The translations under genes were made by a program, and so were the position numbers. The notes under the pieces were generated by a model. The model was given only the letters and a program-made list of their open reading frames with translations, ran no database searches and was not told where the DNA came from. Shown in pieces: positions 28,065 through 37,362 of a stretch of 64,000 nucleotides of DNA (the stretch's first letter is position 1; every line of letters begins with the position of its first letter). The stretch is from a virus. Taxonomy: Duplodnaviria > Caudoviricetes. Location of the stretch: positions 776 through 64,775 of IMG/VR virus record IMGVR_UViG_3300033991_000020. One strand, 5' to 3'.

Positions 28065-29078
28065 ATGGACCAACCAGGAACATCCTATAGAATCTGCGTA
28101 TTTCGTAGTCCTGAAAGATATGATAGGGAATACGTAGAGATTTCTCATCCTAATTCTCGTAATCATATGAGGACATTAGATTCTTATATTGAAAGCTTTA
28201 GAACAGCTCCTAATGAGCTTGTATTAAGAACAATCCGTTTACAAAGATATAGAGCTTCTTTACATATTTCTTATGAAATGTTAAAAAGTTTAAGAATTAG
28301 CTCTTTTGGAACAGATGCTTTTGTTTTAAATCTTCAAGAAAACCAAGCTCAACAAGCATTATTGCTTACAGTTCTTCGTAGAGTTTCAGAATTAACCGAT
28401 AGAAGAATAAGAGAAGAAGAAAGAGGAATTCCAGAACATACCATAATTTTAGACAAAGTAGAATTAATTGAACAAGTTGGAGCAGATAGAATACTGATTG
28501 ATTTAGTTATTTATGCTTGTCAACATAGGGATATTGAATTATGCCAAAGATATTTTGAAGAATATTTTTATAGGCTTTGTGATTCTATTAGCTTACAAAA
28601 TACAGATATTTACGACACAGAAACAGGGGCAATCAGAAGAATTGGTAATGCGGCTAATATAACTCAAGAAGATATTAATAGAAGTTATGAGTGGTTAGTT
28701 AATTTAAGATATACACAAGAATCATCTACGTATGGTCCAGGACCTTGTGGTTGCCCTGCCCCCAATCCAAAAGCAGAAGAAAGAGCATTAAAACTACTGG
28801 AATCCATGCTATCAAAAGGAGACTTTGAAATATACAAAAAAGATGGTTATATAATGGTCGAAGGAAAAAGCCATAAAATATATAAAGTAAGAAGAGGGGC
28901 CATGATAGCAGTTTCTGAAAAACAAAAAGATGGATTATATAAAGACTACAGACTATGTATTGAACCAAAAAATTATGGAACAATTTGTCCTACTGACGAA
29001 GTGACAGCCAAAATTAAGCTTATTCAAGCAGACGAAAATAAATTACATGAAATCGCAAAAAGATTTGAGGGAAAATGA
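28065..29078 (+). CDS. hypothetical protein with Lys-depleted N-terminus and Cys-containing C-terminal domain (putative Ubl partner)
   Basis: 2 Lys in the first 235 aa; C-terminal AEERALKLL...YRLCIEP...D...AK..LIQADE. Confidence 0.6.
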   Translation: MDQPGTSYRICVFRSPERYDREYVEISHPNSRNHMRTLDSYIESFRTAPNELVLRTIRLQRYRASLHISYEMLKSLRISSFGTDAFVLNLQENQAQQALLLTVLRRVSELTDRRIREEERGIPEHTIILDKVELIEQVGADRILIDLVIYACQHRDIELCQRYFEEYFYRLCDSISLQNTDIYDTETGAIRRIGNAANITQEDINRSYEWLVNLRYTQESSTYGPGPCGCPAPNPKAEERALKLLESMLSKGDFEIYKKDGYIMVEGKSHKIYKVRRGAMIAVSEKQKDGLYKDYRLCIEPKNYGTICPTDEVTAKIKLIQADENKLHEIAKRFEGK

Positions 29079-29216
29079 AAGAATTCCTACTCTCAAGAGT
29101 CAATAAAAATTTATGCTCAATCTGCAATAAGCAAATTGACCAAAATGCTATTTTGGTAGATTATAATGAATCTAAATTGAAGGTATGTAAAACTCATATA
29201 AAATATGGAGGAAAAG

Positions 29217-29313
29217 ATGCAGAGAAAAACAATAGTTAGTTCAAACATTAGAAGTTTGGGGTACAATATTGAAAAGCAAATATAAATGCGTAAAGGGTGA
29301 GTATAATGTCTAA
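29217..29313 (+). pseudogene. internally deleted KTSC-domain gene remnant
   Basis: GGAGG RBS; MQRKTIVSSNIRSLGYNIEKQI-stop resembles a KTSC N-terminus; out-of-frame tail YKCVKGEYNV. Confidence 0.55.
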
Positions 29314-29788
29314 AAAAGAACTACTTTCCAATGTAAAGGACAGTAATCCCAAGGATGCTGTTGGAATTAAAAAAGTTCCGTATCATCTGGTTCCCTCTAA
29401 TGTTATAGGAGAATTATCTTTAGCGTTTTTAGAAGGAGCCAGAAAATATAAAGCATATAATTGGCGTGTTGCAGGAGTTAGGGCAAGCGTATACTTGGAT
29501 GCCTTAGAAAGACATTTAAAGGCCTGGGAAAACGGAGAAGACCTTGACCCAGATTCTGGGCTAAGTCATATTACAAAAGCATTAGCTTGTTTAGTTGTAT
29601 TACGAGATGCTATGCTTCTTGATAAATGGGTAGACGATAGACCACCAAAAGTTAAGCAGGGGTGGGTCCAAGAATTAAATAAAAAAGCAAAAGAAATTAT
29701 TGAACGTTACCCCGAAGAACTAGAACCTTATACGGAGATAGGACAAAATAAAAACAATGGAAAAACTACAAGCACTAAGAACAGCTAA
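29306..29788 (+). CDS. dATP/dGTP diphosphohydrolase (DUF5664-like)
   Basis: NPKDAVGIKK...LVP, EGARKY..YNWR, YLDALERHL..W..GEDLDPDSGLSH. Confidence 0.85.
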   Translation: MSKKELLSNVKDSNPKDAVGIKKVPYHLVPSNVIGELSLAFLEGARKYKAYNWRVAGVRASVYLDALERHLKAWENGEDLDPDSGLSHITKALACLVVLRDAMLLDKWVDDRPPKVKQGWVQELNKKAKEIIERYPEELEPYTEIGQNKNNGKTTSTKNS

Positions 29789-30497
29789 TGGAATAACGTC
29801 GGCAATATTAGAAGATTTAAAGGCTTTTATCTTACGAGAAAAAGTCTTATCAACAGAGGAAGTAGCAAATAGAGCAGAAAGAATAATGAATATGATGGGA
29901 GTTACTTCTGCTTTTAAAGGTTATAAAGGTTTTCCAGGAATTATGTGTATTAGTCTAAATGATGAAATTATTCATGGGATTCCTAGTAAAGAACGATTAA
30001 TAAAGAAGGGAGATTTGGTTTCTTTAGACTTAGGTGTGCGGTATCAAGGCTATTGCTCAGACATGGCTATTTCATTTGTAAACAGCTCCTTTAGTTTTGG
30101 CAAAAAACAAAAACTTGTTGAGGATACTAAACAAGCCTTAGAGCATGCTATAAATGAATTAAAAAAAGAGACAGTATATCATATTAGTACAATAACTGGA
30201 GTTATTGCCCAGTATTCTAAAAAATATGGTATTGTATTTGAGTATGGAGGCCACCAAATAGGTAAAGAAGTTCACGAAGGTTCTTTATTTATTCCAAACA
30301 CATGGGAAAGTTTAGCAAAAGACCAAATATTACCAGTAGGTACAGTTTTTACAACAGAACCAATGTTTACTTTAGGTCGTGGAGAGGTTGTAATTTCTAA
30401 AGATAGCTTTACTATTAAAACCAAAGATAGTTCTTTGGCTTCCCATTTTGAATATTCAATAGCAATAACTGAAAATGGTATTGAGGTTTTAAAATGA
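29757..30497 (+). CDS. map: methionine aminopeptidase type I
   Basis: GYKGFP, CISLNDEIIHGIP, DLG...SD, GHQIG..VHE, TEPM, SHFE. Confidence 0.9.
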   Translation: MEKLQALRTANGITSAILEDLKAFILREKVLSTEEVANRAERIMNMMGVTSAFKGYKGFPGIMCISLNDEIIHGIPSKERLIKKGDLVSLDLGVRYQGYCSDMAISFVNSSFSFGKKQKLVEDTKQALEHAINELKKETVYHISTITGVIAQYSKKYGIVFEYGGHQIGKEVHEGSLFIPNTWESLAKDQILPVGTVFTTEPMFTLGRGEVVISKDSFTIKTKDSSLASHFEYSIAITENGIEVLK

Positions 30498-30778
30498 GAA
30501 GAGTTAATAAAAAAAGAGAAAAAATATTTGCAGTAAACTATAAAATTGCCCCAGAATTACTTCATAGTTTAGAGCAGATGGAACTATTAACAAAAACAAT
30601 CGTAGAACCATTAAAAAATAGTGTTATAGATACGGGATACAAGCCCATTAGTAAAGCTAAAATTAGACCTTACTCAGATATTGTAGAAAATGCAGAAGAG
30701 GGACTATATCAAGTATCTATTAAAGCTATATTTATAGGAAAGAAAAAAGCAAAGGAGGAAACTAACAATGACACTTAA
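30494..30778 (+). CDS. hypothetical protein
   Basis: Coupled ORF. Confidence 0.55.
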   Translation: MRRVNKKREKIFAVNYKIAPELLHSLEQMELLTKTIVEPLKNSVIDTGYKPISKAKIRPYSDIVENAEEGLYQVSIKAIFIGKKKAKEETNNDT

Positions 30779-31019
30779 AGATTTATATAAGAAAGCAAAG
30801 GAAAGTAATAATAATAGAATCGGGGAGTTCTATAACAATTTGCTTGTTTCACTAATTGCATTAATAATTCTAGGAGTATGGATTTTAGTGCTAAATATAA
30901 TATGGAACAGTCTTAGTCATTCCTTAAATTTACCTATTTTAAATTATTCACAAACAATTCGTATACTGTTCTTAGGATTAATAATTAAAAATTTATATAA
31001 GCAAATAACAATAAAATGA
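30768..31019 (+). CDS. small membrane protein
   Basis: Two hydrophobic segments; AGGAGG RBS. Confidence 0.6.
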   Translation: MTLKDLYKKAKESNNNRIGEFYNNLLVSLIALIILGVWILVLNIIWNSLSHSLNLPILNYSQTIRILFLGLIIKNLYKQITIK

Positions 31020-31606
31020 AAACTATAAATATGAATAGTAATATAAAATCTTATGAGCCTATGATGCACAAGCTTATAAGAAAGTTCAAAATCAAAAGAG
31101 ATTATGAAGATATACTTCAACTCTTAAGAATTAAAACATGGGAAGTCTTACGAGACAAAAAATACAAAAAAGCCTATAAAAATGAAAAAGGACAAATTGT
31201 CGAAGCTAAACTATCTACCCTATTATATAGAGCTCTAACAAACAAGCTAATTGACATACTAAAAACAGACTACAGTTTAAAAATAAAGGATGATGGAACA
31301 ACTTGGAAAGACTTAAATATAGATAAAAAAATCATATATTTCTTAAAAAACCCGACATTGTGTGGACTTCCTTTCTTACAAATAGAAAATTACGATATGG
31401 AAGATAGTTTAAAAAGCCAATTAGATTTTGAACAGTTTTATAAATTACTATCAAAAGAAGACAAACTACTACTAGACGCTATGAAAAATAATGAAGGAAA
31501 TAAAAAAGAAGTTGCTAAATTCTTAGATTGTAATATTCGTAGTGTTAACAGGCGTCTATTAAAACTTAAAAAAGAATATAAAAAATACTTGATGGGAGAC
31601 ATTTAA
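31016..31606 (+). CDS. sigma factor-like protein
   Basis: YEDILQ region-2-like segment; C-terminal HTH KKEVAKFLDCNIRSVNRR. Confidence 0.65.
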   Translation: MKTINMNSNIKSYEPMMHKLIRKFKIKRDYEDILQLLRIKTWEVLRDKKYKKAYKNEKGQIVEAKLSTLLYRALTNKLIDILKTDYSLKIKDDGTTWKDLNIDKKIIYFLKNPTLCGLPFLQIENYDMEDSLKSQLDFEQFYKLLSKEDKLLLDAMKNNEGNKKEVAKFLDCNIRSVNRRLLKLKKEYKKYLMGDI

Positions 31607-32305
31607 ATGGCTAAAGGTGGAAGACGAATAGGTGCTGGAAGGCCTAAAGGAAGAAAAGATTCTGGAGTTAGGCATATAAAGAAAAATTTACCAGTATCAA
31701 AAAATGAACCTAATCCAAATTTACCATCAAAAGCAACTTATATGCAAATGGAGAAATACCTCAGCGCAGAAAATAGGAAATTATATAGGTCATTAGCCAC
31801 TAAATTTGAATCGCCAGCAGATTGTCTTAAGGCGATTAGAGATGATTTAGTCGCCAGATATAATTTAGGACGTATCGGTGAAATGGAAGAAAATTCCTAT
31901 GCAAAAAAAGCCGCAAAAGATAGTATAAAGGAAATAGAAGAAACAGGAAAATTAAATGGGAAAGAATTAACAGATATAGAAAAGATAAATGAATTAAATA
32001 GATTACAAAAACAAGCAAAAGTTTACCCGCAGTTAAGTTCTAAACTTACTTCTTTAGCTGGAGAAATTAGACAAATTAATGAACTTATTGATAGAATAGA
32101 GTCTGGAAGACCTGATAAGGTTATTAATCTTTTTAATATATTGGATGGTCGAGCCGATAAAAATAAAACAGAAAGATTGCGAGATGAAATTTTTACGTTA
32201 CCAGAAGAAAACGAAGAAAGTAAAGAATCTAAAAAACCAATTAACGTAGAAGATGCAGAAATAATAGAACCAAAAGAAGAAAAGAATCCCGATGAAACCA
32301 ATTAA
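31607..32305 (+). CDS. putative terminase small subunit
   Basis: N-terminal GGRRIGAGRPKG motif common in TerS-like proteins; helical body. Confidence 0.5.
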   Translation: MAKGGRRIGAGRPKGRKDSGVRHIKKNLPVSKNEPNPNLPSKATYMQMEKYLSAENRKLYRSLATKFESPADCLKAIRDDLVARYNLGRIGEMEENSYAKKAAKDSIKEIEETGKLNGKELTDIEKINELNRLQKQAKVYPQLSSKLTSLAGEIRQINELIDRIESGRPDKVINLFNILDGRADKNKTERLRDEIFTLPEENEESKESKKPINVEDAEIIEPKEEKNPDETN

Positions 32306-32456
32306 ATGCCCACACTGCAAAAAGATATTTTTTGACATTGGTTCTGATTCTTGCCCTTTTTGTGGCAAAAATCTTAAAATTTTCTATTTAGACGAAGATA
32401 ATCCCTTAAAAGATATTTTTGATATTTTTGGAGACCCTACAAATGAAAAAAATTAG
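32292..32456 (+). CDS. small zinc-ribbon protein, absent from the ORF track
   Basis: MKPIKCPHC...CPFCG, read manually. Confidence 0.55.
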   Translation: MKPIKCPHCKKIFFDIGSDSCPFCGKNLKIFYLDEDNPLKDIFDIFGDPTNEKN

Positions 32457-33462
32457 TATTGCTCAGTGCGGATACGGTTATTGGGGCAAGAATATATTAA
32501 GAAATTTACTTGATATGGATAATGTTGATGTTATTGGTATTTGTGATGCTAATAAATCTAATCTTGAAAAAGCTACAAAACTAATAACAAAAAATAGTGA
32601 ATACAACCCAAAGTTAATTTCTACAACAGATTATAACCATATTATAAAAAATCCAGAAATTGATGCTATTCTTATTGTTACACCACCAAATACACACTAT
32701 GAACTAGCCTATCAAGCAATTAAAGCTGGCAAACATGTTTTCATTGAAAAACCGATGACAACAAATTATCAAGAAGCTATAGATATAGCTGGAAGAGCAA
32801 TAGAAGATGGTTTAATATTAATGGTAGGCCATACCTTCCTTTATCATCCTGTTATAAATGATTTAAAGAAATTAATAGATTCGGGAGAACTTGGTGATAT
32901 TTACTCAATTAATCTGGAGTTTGTAAATTTAGGAAAATTCCAGAAACTCGGAGTATTGTGGGATTTACTTCCACACGGTGTATCCATTATTTTGTATTTA
33001 TTAAATAATCCAGAAATTGAAAGAATAGAAACCAATGGAATAGCGGCTATACACGCAGATTTAATAGACAATGCATACTTAACGCTCTATTTCAAAAAAG
33101 GCAGTTTCTCGACTATACACGTAAGTTGGTTAAATCCTTGTAAAGAGAGAAAACTTACAGTTGTAGGCTCGAAACAAATGGCTGTGTTTGATGATATAAA
33201 CCCACTAGAATCCTTAAGAATATACAACAAGGGGGTTAGTAAAGATAAGTCTTTTTCATCTTGGGGAGATTCTATTGTGGGTTATAGGCACGGTAACATC
33301 ATAAGTCCAGTAACATCTACTGGAGAACCTTTAAAAATTGAATTACAGCACTTCGTTGATTGCATTATAAATAATAAAAGACCATTAACAGATGGCTCAA
33401 ACGGGACCAAAGTTGTAAAAATTATAGAAGAAGCTATGGAGAAACTAAATGCCAATAAATAA
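32443..33462 (+). CDS. Gfo/Idh/MocA oxidoreductase (WbpB/WlbA-like NDP-sugar dehydrogenase)
   Basis: GYGYWG, TPPNTH, HVFIEKP, MVGH, WDLLPH. Confidence 0.88.
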   Translation: MKKISIAQCGYGYWGKNILRNLLDMDNVDVIGICDANKSNLEKATKLITKNSEYNPKLISTTDYNHIIKNPEIDAILIVTPPNTHYELAYQAIKAGKHVFIEKPMTTNYQEAIDIAGRAIEDGLILMVGHTFLYHPVINDLKKLIDSGELGDIYSINLEFVNLGKFQKLGVLWDLLPHGVSIILYLLNNPEIERIETNGIAAIHADLIDNAYLTLYFKKGSFSTIHVSWLNPCKERKLTVVGSKQMAVFDDINPLESLRIYNKGVSKDKSFSSWGDSIVGYRHGNIISPVTSTGEPLKIELQHFVDCIINNKRPLTDGSNGTKVVKIIEEAMEKLNANK

Positions 33463-33621
33463 CTGCAAATTTGGGAAAAATGTAAAAATACCATACCCAG
33501 ACTTGGTTAATATGTATCAGTGTAAGGTTGGTTCAAATTCTTTTATTGGACCTTTTGTTGAGCTACTAATGCTATTGTAGTTGGTAATCCTGGGCGTATA
33601 TTAAAATATAAGGAGAAATAA
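33449..33621 (+). pseudogene. internally deleted hexapeptide N-acetyltransferase (WbpD/WlbB-like)
   Basis: N-terminus ...LVNMYQCKVGSNSFIGPFVE joined out of frame to C-terminus TNAIVVGNPGRIL. Confidence 0.75.
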
Positions 33622-33774
33622 GTGAGTAATTTTAATCCTTTTCTTATTATAAGTATTATTTTAAATTTAAGTGCTTCTCTTTGGTACTTTTTTAAGAATG
33701 GGCCAGTTTTGGGATGGCTATTTTTAGGATATGCTTTTTGTTCATTAATTAGTTTATTTATAAAGGTGCAATAA
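33622..33774 (+). CDS. small two-TM membrane protein
   Basis: AGGAG RBS, GTG start, 50 hydrophobic aa; read manually. Confidence 0.45.
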   Translation: MSNFNPFLIISIILNLSASLWYFFKNGPVLGWLFLGYAFCSLISLFIKVQ

Positions 33775-34535
33775 TGAAAATTGAAGAAATGATAAATAAA
33801 ATATTTTTAGAAACTTCTGGAAATTTTGAGTATTTAAAACAAATGCCTGATAATTCAATAGATTTAATTATTATAGACCCGCCATATTTAACTACAAAAG
33901 AAAACTGGGATAAAAAAGAAGTTGTAACAGAATGGTTATCTAAAGAATTATTTAGAATAGCAAAAGATTCTTGTTCTTTATATGTATGGTGCGGAATTGG
34001 AGAAAAAAGTCAATCTTTAATTCGATGGTTTCCAATTTTTAATAAAGATTGGTATTTTAAAGATTTAATTACATGGAAAAAAGATAGAGGTATTGGTATG
34101 CGTAAGGGTTGGCTTTACACTAGAGAAGAAATTATGTGGTTTGTTAAAGATAATAAAAAATTTATTTGGAATAAAGAAGAACAATATTTAGTAGGAAAAC
34201 AAAGAATAAGAGATAAAAATGGAATTAAACCTAATCAACAAGGACAAATGCCAATTTCAATTTATCCTAGAATTTCTAATGTTTGGGATGATATTTCCGA
34301 ATCTACTTTTAATTTAACAGATATAAGTTCGTTACATTACACACCAAAACCGATAGCAGCAATTGAAAGAATTATTAGGGTATCAACGAAAGAAAATGAT
34401 ATTGTTTTAGATTGTTTTATTGGTTCGGGTTCTACTGCTTTAGCTTGTAAAAATTTAAATAGAAATTTTATTGGCATGGAGATTTATCAAGAATACATAG
34501 ACATAACATATAAAAGATTAAGGGGAGAATTATAA
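33774..34535 (+). CDS. DNA N6-adenine/N4-cytosine methyltransferase (beta class)
   Basis: DPPY precedes HYTPKP and DCFIGSGST. Confidence 0.9.
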   Translation: MKIEEMINKIFLETSGNFEYLKQMPDNSIDLIIIDPPYLTTKENWDKKEVVTEWLSKELFRIAKDSCSLYVWCGIGEKSQSLIRWFPIFNKDWYFKDLITWKKDRGIGMRKGWLYTREEIMWFVKDNKKFIWNKEEQYLVGKQRIRDKNGIKPNQQGQMPISIYPRISNVWDDISESTFNLTDISSLHYTPKPIAAIERIIRVSTKENDIVLDCFIGSGSTALACKNLNRNFIGMEIYQEYIDITYKRLRGEL

Positions 34536-35638
34536 TGGAAATTAAACAACTCGACTTAGTAAGACAGTATCAACAACTAAAGCCAGAAATAGATAAAGCA
34601 ATTTTAGAAGTATGTGCCTCTGGCATGTTTTGTTTAGGCGAACAAGTAGCCAAGTTTGAAGCCGAGGTTGCCCAGTATATTGGCGTAAACCACGCCATAG
34701 GGGTCAATAGTGGCTCTGCGGCCCTCAATTTGGCTCTACAAGCCCTAAATCTAGGGCCTAGGGACGAAGTAATCGTCCCTGCCAATACTTACATAGCCAC
34801 TGTATTTGCTGTTAGTCATTGTGGTGCTACTCCTGTTTTTATTGACCATGACGATTATTATAATATTGACCCTGATTTAGTAGAGAAAGCAATTACTCCT
34901 AAAACTAAAGCAATAATGCCTGTCCACCTATATGGGCAGCCTTGTAATATGAATCGTATTTTAGATATAGCTAAGTTACATAACATATATATTGTAGAGG
35001 ATTGTGCCCAAGCTTTTGGAGCAGAATATTATGGAAAGAAGGTTGGAACTTTTTCGGATGTGGCTTGTGTAAGTTTCTACCCTGGGAAGAACTTGGGAGC
35101 ATATGGTGATGGTGGTATCGTTTTGACAAATAACAAAGAATTAGATGCCAAACTAAGAATGCTAAGAAATGATGGGCAAGTAGAAAAATATAGACATGAG
35201 ATAGTGGGCCAAAATGAACGACTAGACTCTATACAGGCGGCTATTTTAAGTGTAAAATTAAAATACATTGATGAGTGGAATCAAAAAAGAGCTAGTATTG
35301 CAGAACAGTATAATCTATTAATTAAAGAAAGAAATTTAGATGTAGTTGCTCCTTCGCTTATGCCAAATACTAAGCATGTATTCCACCAGTACGTTATATT
35401 GATAAAAAATAGAGATGAAGTAAAGAAAAAATTATGGGAACAATATAAAATAGGTACTGGGGTGCACTATCCGATTCCTGTGCATAAACAGCAAGCTTAT
35501 AAAGATTATAATAACATTAGATGCCATAATACAGAAAATAATGCCTCCAAACTTCTTTCTATTCCCATGTATCCAGAGCTTACTCAAGAAGAAGTTAAAT
35601 ATGTGGTTTCTTGCCTAGAAAAGGAAATTAAAAAATGA
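34535..35638 (+). CDS. DegT/DnrJ/EryC1/StrS sugar aminotransferase
   Basis: VHLYGQ, EDCAQAFG, SFYPGKNLGAYGDGG, RLDSIQAAIL. Confidence 0.93.
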   Translation: MEIKQLDLVRQYQQLKPEIDKAILEVCASGMFCLGEQVAKFEAEVAQYIGVNHAIGVNSGSAALNLALQALNLGPRDEVIVPANTYIATVFAVSHCGATPVFIDHDDYYNIDPDLVEKAITPKTKAIMPVHLYGQPCNMNRILDIAKLHNIYIVEDCAQAFGAEYYGKKVGTFSDVACVSFYPGKNLGAYGDGGIVLTNNKELDAKLRMLRNDGQVEKYRHEIVGQNERLDSIQAAILSVKLKYIDEWNQKRASIAEQYNLLIKERNLDVVAPSLMPNTKHVFHQYVILIKNRDEVKKKLWEQYKIGTGVHYPIPVHKQQAYKDYNNIRCHNTENNASKLLSIPMYPELTQEEVKYVVSCLEKEIKK

Positions 35639-35798
35639 AGCTATACGTTTTATATGAGATTACTCCAGATGTAAATTATACATGGGATAAGCGTGTTCTT
35701 TTAGTAAGAGAACGGAAAGAAGACTTAGAAGAAATTTTAGCCGTTATTCAAAAAAGCAATGTGGACTTTGAGGCCTACGTAATAGAAGAGGTAGAGCA

Positions 35799-36395
35799 AT
35801 GAAAATTTTTTACCTTGGTGATTTACAATCTGTCATAACTAATCTACAAAAATTAAATGTTGATGTGGGCTTTTCTCTTTCTTCTGACTGTGATGGAATT
35901 ATTGCTACAGATATTATCCCAGATGCAGAATTAGGATACTTGAAAAGTAAATGTGAGGATTATAATATACCAATAATTATAAAAGGAAATAAATTAAACC
36001 ATTATGTTGGAGTCAACGTATTGATTTTAGATGAAACAGAAAAAGAACTCTTCTATAAAGAACATAATATTAATAATTTGCAAGAATGTAAAGATACACT
36101 AAGAGATTTAAAAATACATTATCTTGTAATAGCCTTAACAAAAGAAGAGATTAAACAGCAAGTTCAGTATAATTTACCAAAAATAGGAATAGCACAATTA
36201 AACATAACCGACAAACAAGTAGCCGAAGCGAGGGATATTTTGACAGCTTTAGTAGGGTATATTTATATAAAAGAAGGAACACTATCAGTAGCGGCTTTAC
36301 AAAGAGCAAATACTGGAGCAGCCTTATCAGTTGTTGGATTTACTGGAGATGATTTAAGAGATTTTTATTTGGATATTAATTTCAATGACAAATAA
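35799..36395 (+). CDS. hypothetical protein, possibly a degenerate PfkB/HldE kinase
   Basis: VAEARDILTAL...RANTGAALSV loosely resembles a PfkB C-terminus; the canonical GAGD is absent. Confidence 0.35.
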   Translation: MKIFYLGDLQSVITNLQKLNVDVGFSLSSDCDGIIATDIIPDAELGYLKSKCEDYNIPIIIKGNKLNHYVGVNVLILDETEKELFYKEHNINNLQECKDTLRDLKIHYLVIALTKEEIKQQVQYNLPKIGIAQLNITDKQVAEARDILTALVGYIYIKEGTLSVAALQRANTGAALSVVGFTGDDLRDFYLDINFNDK

Positions 36396-37362
36396 GCAAA
36401 TAAAAATAAAATTTATAGAGGACTGTCCAGAAGTAGAACTAACTCTTTGGGCTTTAAAAGAGGAATTATCTAAGGATAATACTTTTATTTTTGTTAATAC
36501 TATAGAAGAGGCTGATTTAGTAGTTGCCTCAAGGCACTATTTTATACAAGACGAATTAGATAAAATTCGAGGAAGAAAATTAGTTTGGATAAATTATGGA
36601 ACAACCTTAAAATCAATAACTAATTTGCCCTTAAAGAAAACACTAGATAACCATTCGTATGATGCTTCTGATAAAATATGGTTATTGGTTAGTCCAAGTC
36701 CTAATTATAAAACCGTTCTTGACAGTTTTGAGTTAGATACAAGCAGAGTTAAATTTTTAGGGTATCCAAAAATGGATTTAATTAATTATAAATACGGTGA
36801 AACATTAGAAGCTCTGGACCTTAATCCTAATCAAAAAACAGTTCTATATACACCAACATTAGGCTGGAAAACTTGTACTTGTCAAACATCTTTCTTTGAT
36901 TATATAAATAAAATAGTGTTTTGGTCACTTGAGTATAATTTCAATTTAATTATTAGACCGCATCCTTATTTAATAAAACAATTTCCAGAGATAAAAATAA
37001 AATTAGATAATATAGATAAACTGAATAATGTCTATGTTGATGATGTTTATAATTATTATGCAATGTTCAAACTTGCAAATTTTATAGTTAGCGATATATC
37101 CAGTTTAGCCTATGAATTTTTATCAACAACTAAACCAGTAATATTAACTAAAACCTCATCAAAAGAAGATAAATTATTTCAAGATTATATAGATTATAAT
37201 GTAATGTATGAGGTTAAAAACGAAAAAGAACTCGAAAATAGGATACGGTTGCTATTAAATAATAGTGATGAATTTAAAAATAGGCGAGAAACTTTTGTAA
37301 ATAATTTACCAAGAAATTCAAGTAAATTAATAAAAGAATATATAAAGGAAAATTATAAGTGA
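36385..37362 (+). CDS. CDP-glycerol glycerophosphotransferase-family (TagB/TagF-like) protein
   Basis: GYPKMD, VLYTPT, IRPHP, IVSDISS, YEFL...KPVI. Confidence 0.8.
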   Translation: MTNKQIKIKFIEDCPEVELTLWALKEELSKDNTFIFVNTIEEADLVVASRHYFIQDELDKIRGRKLVWINYGTTLKSITNLPLKKTLDNHSYDASDKIWLLVSPSPNYKTVLDSFELDTSRVKFLGYPKMDLINYKYGETLEALDLNPNQKTVLYTPTLGWKTCTCQTSFFDYINKIVFWSLEYNFNLIIRPHPYLIKQFPEIKIKLDNIDKLNNVYVDDVYNYYAMFKLANFIVSDISSLAYEFLSTTKPVILTKTSSKEDKLFQDYIDYNVMYEVKNEKELENRIRLLLNNSDEFKNRRETFVNNLPRNSSKLIKEYIKENYK

